A program made the translations under genes and the position numbers. The notes beneath the pieces are model-generated. The model did no database searches, had not been told where the DNA came from, and saw only the letters and a list, made by a program, of their open reading frames with translations. A DNA stretch of 63,939 nucleotides, filler included, from Octopus bimaculoides (Eukaryota), in NCBI RefSeq assembly GCF_001194135.2. It is 7 parts of 7 records of this genome, joined end to end, with 100 filler letters (N's around TTAATTAATTAA, not from the genome) between each part and the next. Parts side by side here need not be neighbours in the genome. Positions count along the whole stretch, not along the records: positions 59,379 to 62,630 come from NW_026335386.1; positions 62,731 to 63,939 come from NW_026419313.1; 5 more parts are not named here. One strand, given 5' to 3'. This document shows positions 62,247-63,939 of this stretch, in pieces; positions within the stretch are counted from its first letter, which is position 1; every line of letters starts with the position of its first letter.

Positions 62247-62578
62247 GTGCGTGTGAATGCAGTATATATGTATTTATGTATATATATATATGTAGATAGG
62301 CAATATAATCGATTCGTAGGTAGCTATCTAAATAAAAATGTGTGAATGCATATACCATATTCAATCTTAATTATGGAAAGTCTAAAACACTTTCCTAGAA
62401 ATATATACTTCGCTAGATCAGAACGTTTCTTATTCCAGTAATTCTATTTCTCATACCTTAAAGTATTGAAATAGAAATTATACCTATAAATAGATACATA
62501 CACACAAATATATATACACAGACACACAAAGATACAGACAGACAGACAGACACACACAAACACACATATATATGTGTG

Positions 62579-62609
<31 letters not shown>

Positions 62610-62730
62610 GCATATACATATAAATGTTTGNNNNNNNNNNNNNNNNNNNNNNNNNNNNNNNNNNNNNNNNNNNNTTAATTAATTAANNNNNNNNNNNNNN
62701 NNNNNNNNNNNNNNNNNNNNNNNNNNNNNN

Positions 62731-62766
<36 letters not shown>

Positions 62767-63156
62767 ATATAGATATATGTGTGTGTGTGTGTGTATTTAT
62801 ATATGTGTGTGTGTGTATATTTATATATGTGTGTGTGTGTACACACACACATACATATGTATATAAATATATGTGTGTGTATATCTTTATATTTGGCTGC
62901 GTGGTCGTTTGTGTAAAGATATTTATTACTATATTTGTATACCTACCTACCAACCTACCTACCTACCTATCTATCCATCTCTCTATGGATCTATTTATTT
63001 ATGTATTTATCTATCTATCAATGTATATATATATGTATATGCATGTATGTATGTATGTATATATGTATGCATACATATACACACAAATGTGTGAGAGATT
63101 GAATATGGCTATGTGTGTTCATGTATACATGTATACCTACATACACGCATGCATAC

Positions 63157-63197
<41 letters not shown>

Positions 63198-63207
63198 NNN
63201 NNNNNNN

Positions 63208-63252
<45 letters not shown>

Positions 63253-63610
63253 CCATTTATATGTATATCCAGTATTATTCTTACTATCATTCATTATTTC
63301 TTAAGAAAGTGACTCTTAGATGGTAGTTTGTACCTAAGCATGCGCATGCGTTTTTATGTGTATAAATAAATCTAAATGCGCACGCGCACGTTAAAGTATG
63401 TTATTTATGGGGGGGGGCATACTTGAAAACTTATAATCAATATATTATCTCGCTCTACATCATCTCTTCATAAAGATATAAATTCATTATTGCACTCCTT
63501 GTCAATCGTGTGTATACCTGTGTGTATTTGTGCGTATTCGTGTGTGTGTATGTGTGTGTGTGTGTATGTATGTGTGTGTGTGTGTACATACAAACATATG
63601 TATGCATAAA

Positions 63611-63901
63611 TTCATATTCGTAATAGGTATGTATGTATATATATGTGTGTTTGTGTGTGTGTGCGTGTGTACGTATGTTCATATTCATAATAGGTATGTA
63701 TATATGTATATTTGTGTGTTTATATGTGTGTATATATATGTGTATAGATATGTGTATGTCTGTATATACATGTGTATGTATACATCTATTCATATTCGTA
63801 ATAGGCATGTATGTATATGTGTGTGTATTGTGTGCGTGTGTATGTATGTGTGTATGTATATACACGTACGTATATATATATTTATATTCATAATAGGTAT
63901 G
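63611..63901. repeat. Four copies of a 21-mer separated by microsatellite spacers
   Basis: TT(C/T)ATATTC(G/A)TAATAGG(T/C)ATG at 63611, 63678, 63789 and 63881. Confidence 0.7.
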
Positions 63902-63939
63902 CATATATATATGCATGTGCGTGTGTATATATGTGTATG

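Noticed and set aside
24666-62686. Recurrent TTAATTAATTAA motif
   Set aside because: Always centred in a 100-bp N block; a scaffolding spacer, not biology.
11901-63916. ORFs made of CV/HT/YI/LSIY repeats
   Set aside because: Translations of (CA)n, (TA)n and (AGAT)n microsatellites.

Overview
Eukaryotic, repeat- and microsatellite-rich draft-assembly DNA with many N gaps. The SINE families and (CA)n/(TA)n/(AGAT)n load look like an octopus (coleoid cephalopod) genome; this is my recognition, not a database match. One protein-coding gene is well supported: GPATCH3 on the + strand, with four coding exons at 43874-44035, 45020-46048, 52358-52667 and 53365-53533. The exons have compatible splice phases, but the first coding exon was not found. 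The rest is mainly decayed mobile DNA: RTE, CR1 and RLE-type LINE fragments, Penelope-like (RT + GIY-YIG) elements, one Tc1 (DD34E) and two abutting mariner elements, about 25 SINE copies, and foldback/palindromic elements. The most interesting signals are (i) decayed minimal hammerhead-ribozyme motifs in two repeat families, one lying just downstream of a tRNA-like Pol III promoter inside a Penelope 3' end, (ii) a GPATCH3 intron in which four repeat families each occur as inverted pairs (potential dsRNA/ADAR substrates), (iii) long foldback palindromes, and (iv) weakly supported, unidentified splice-bounded exons. No rRNA, intact tRNA gene or CRISPR array is supported. The SINE family labels A-F are my own working names.
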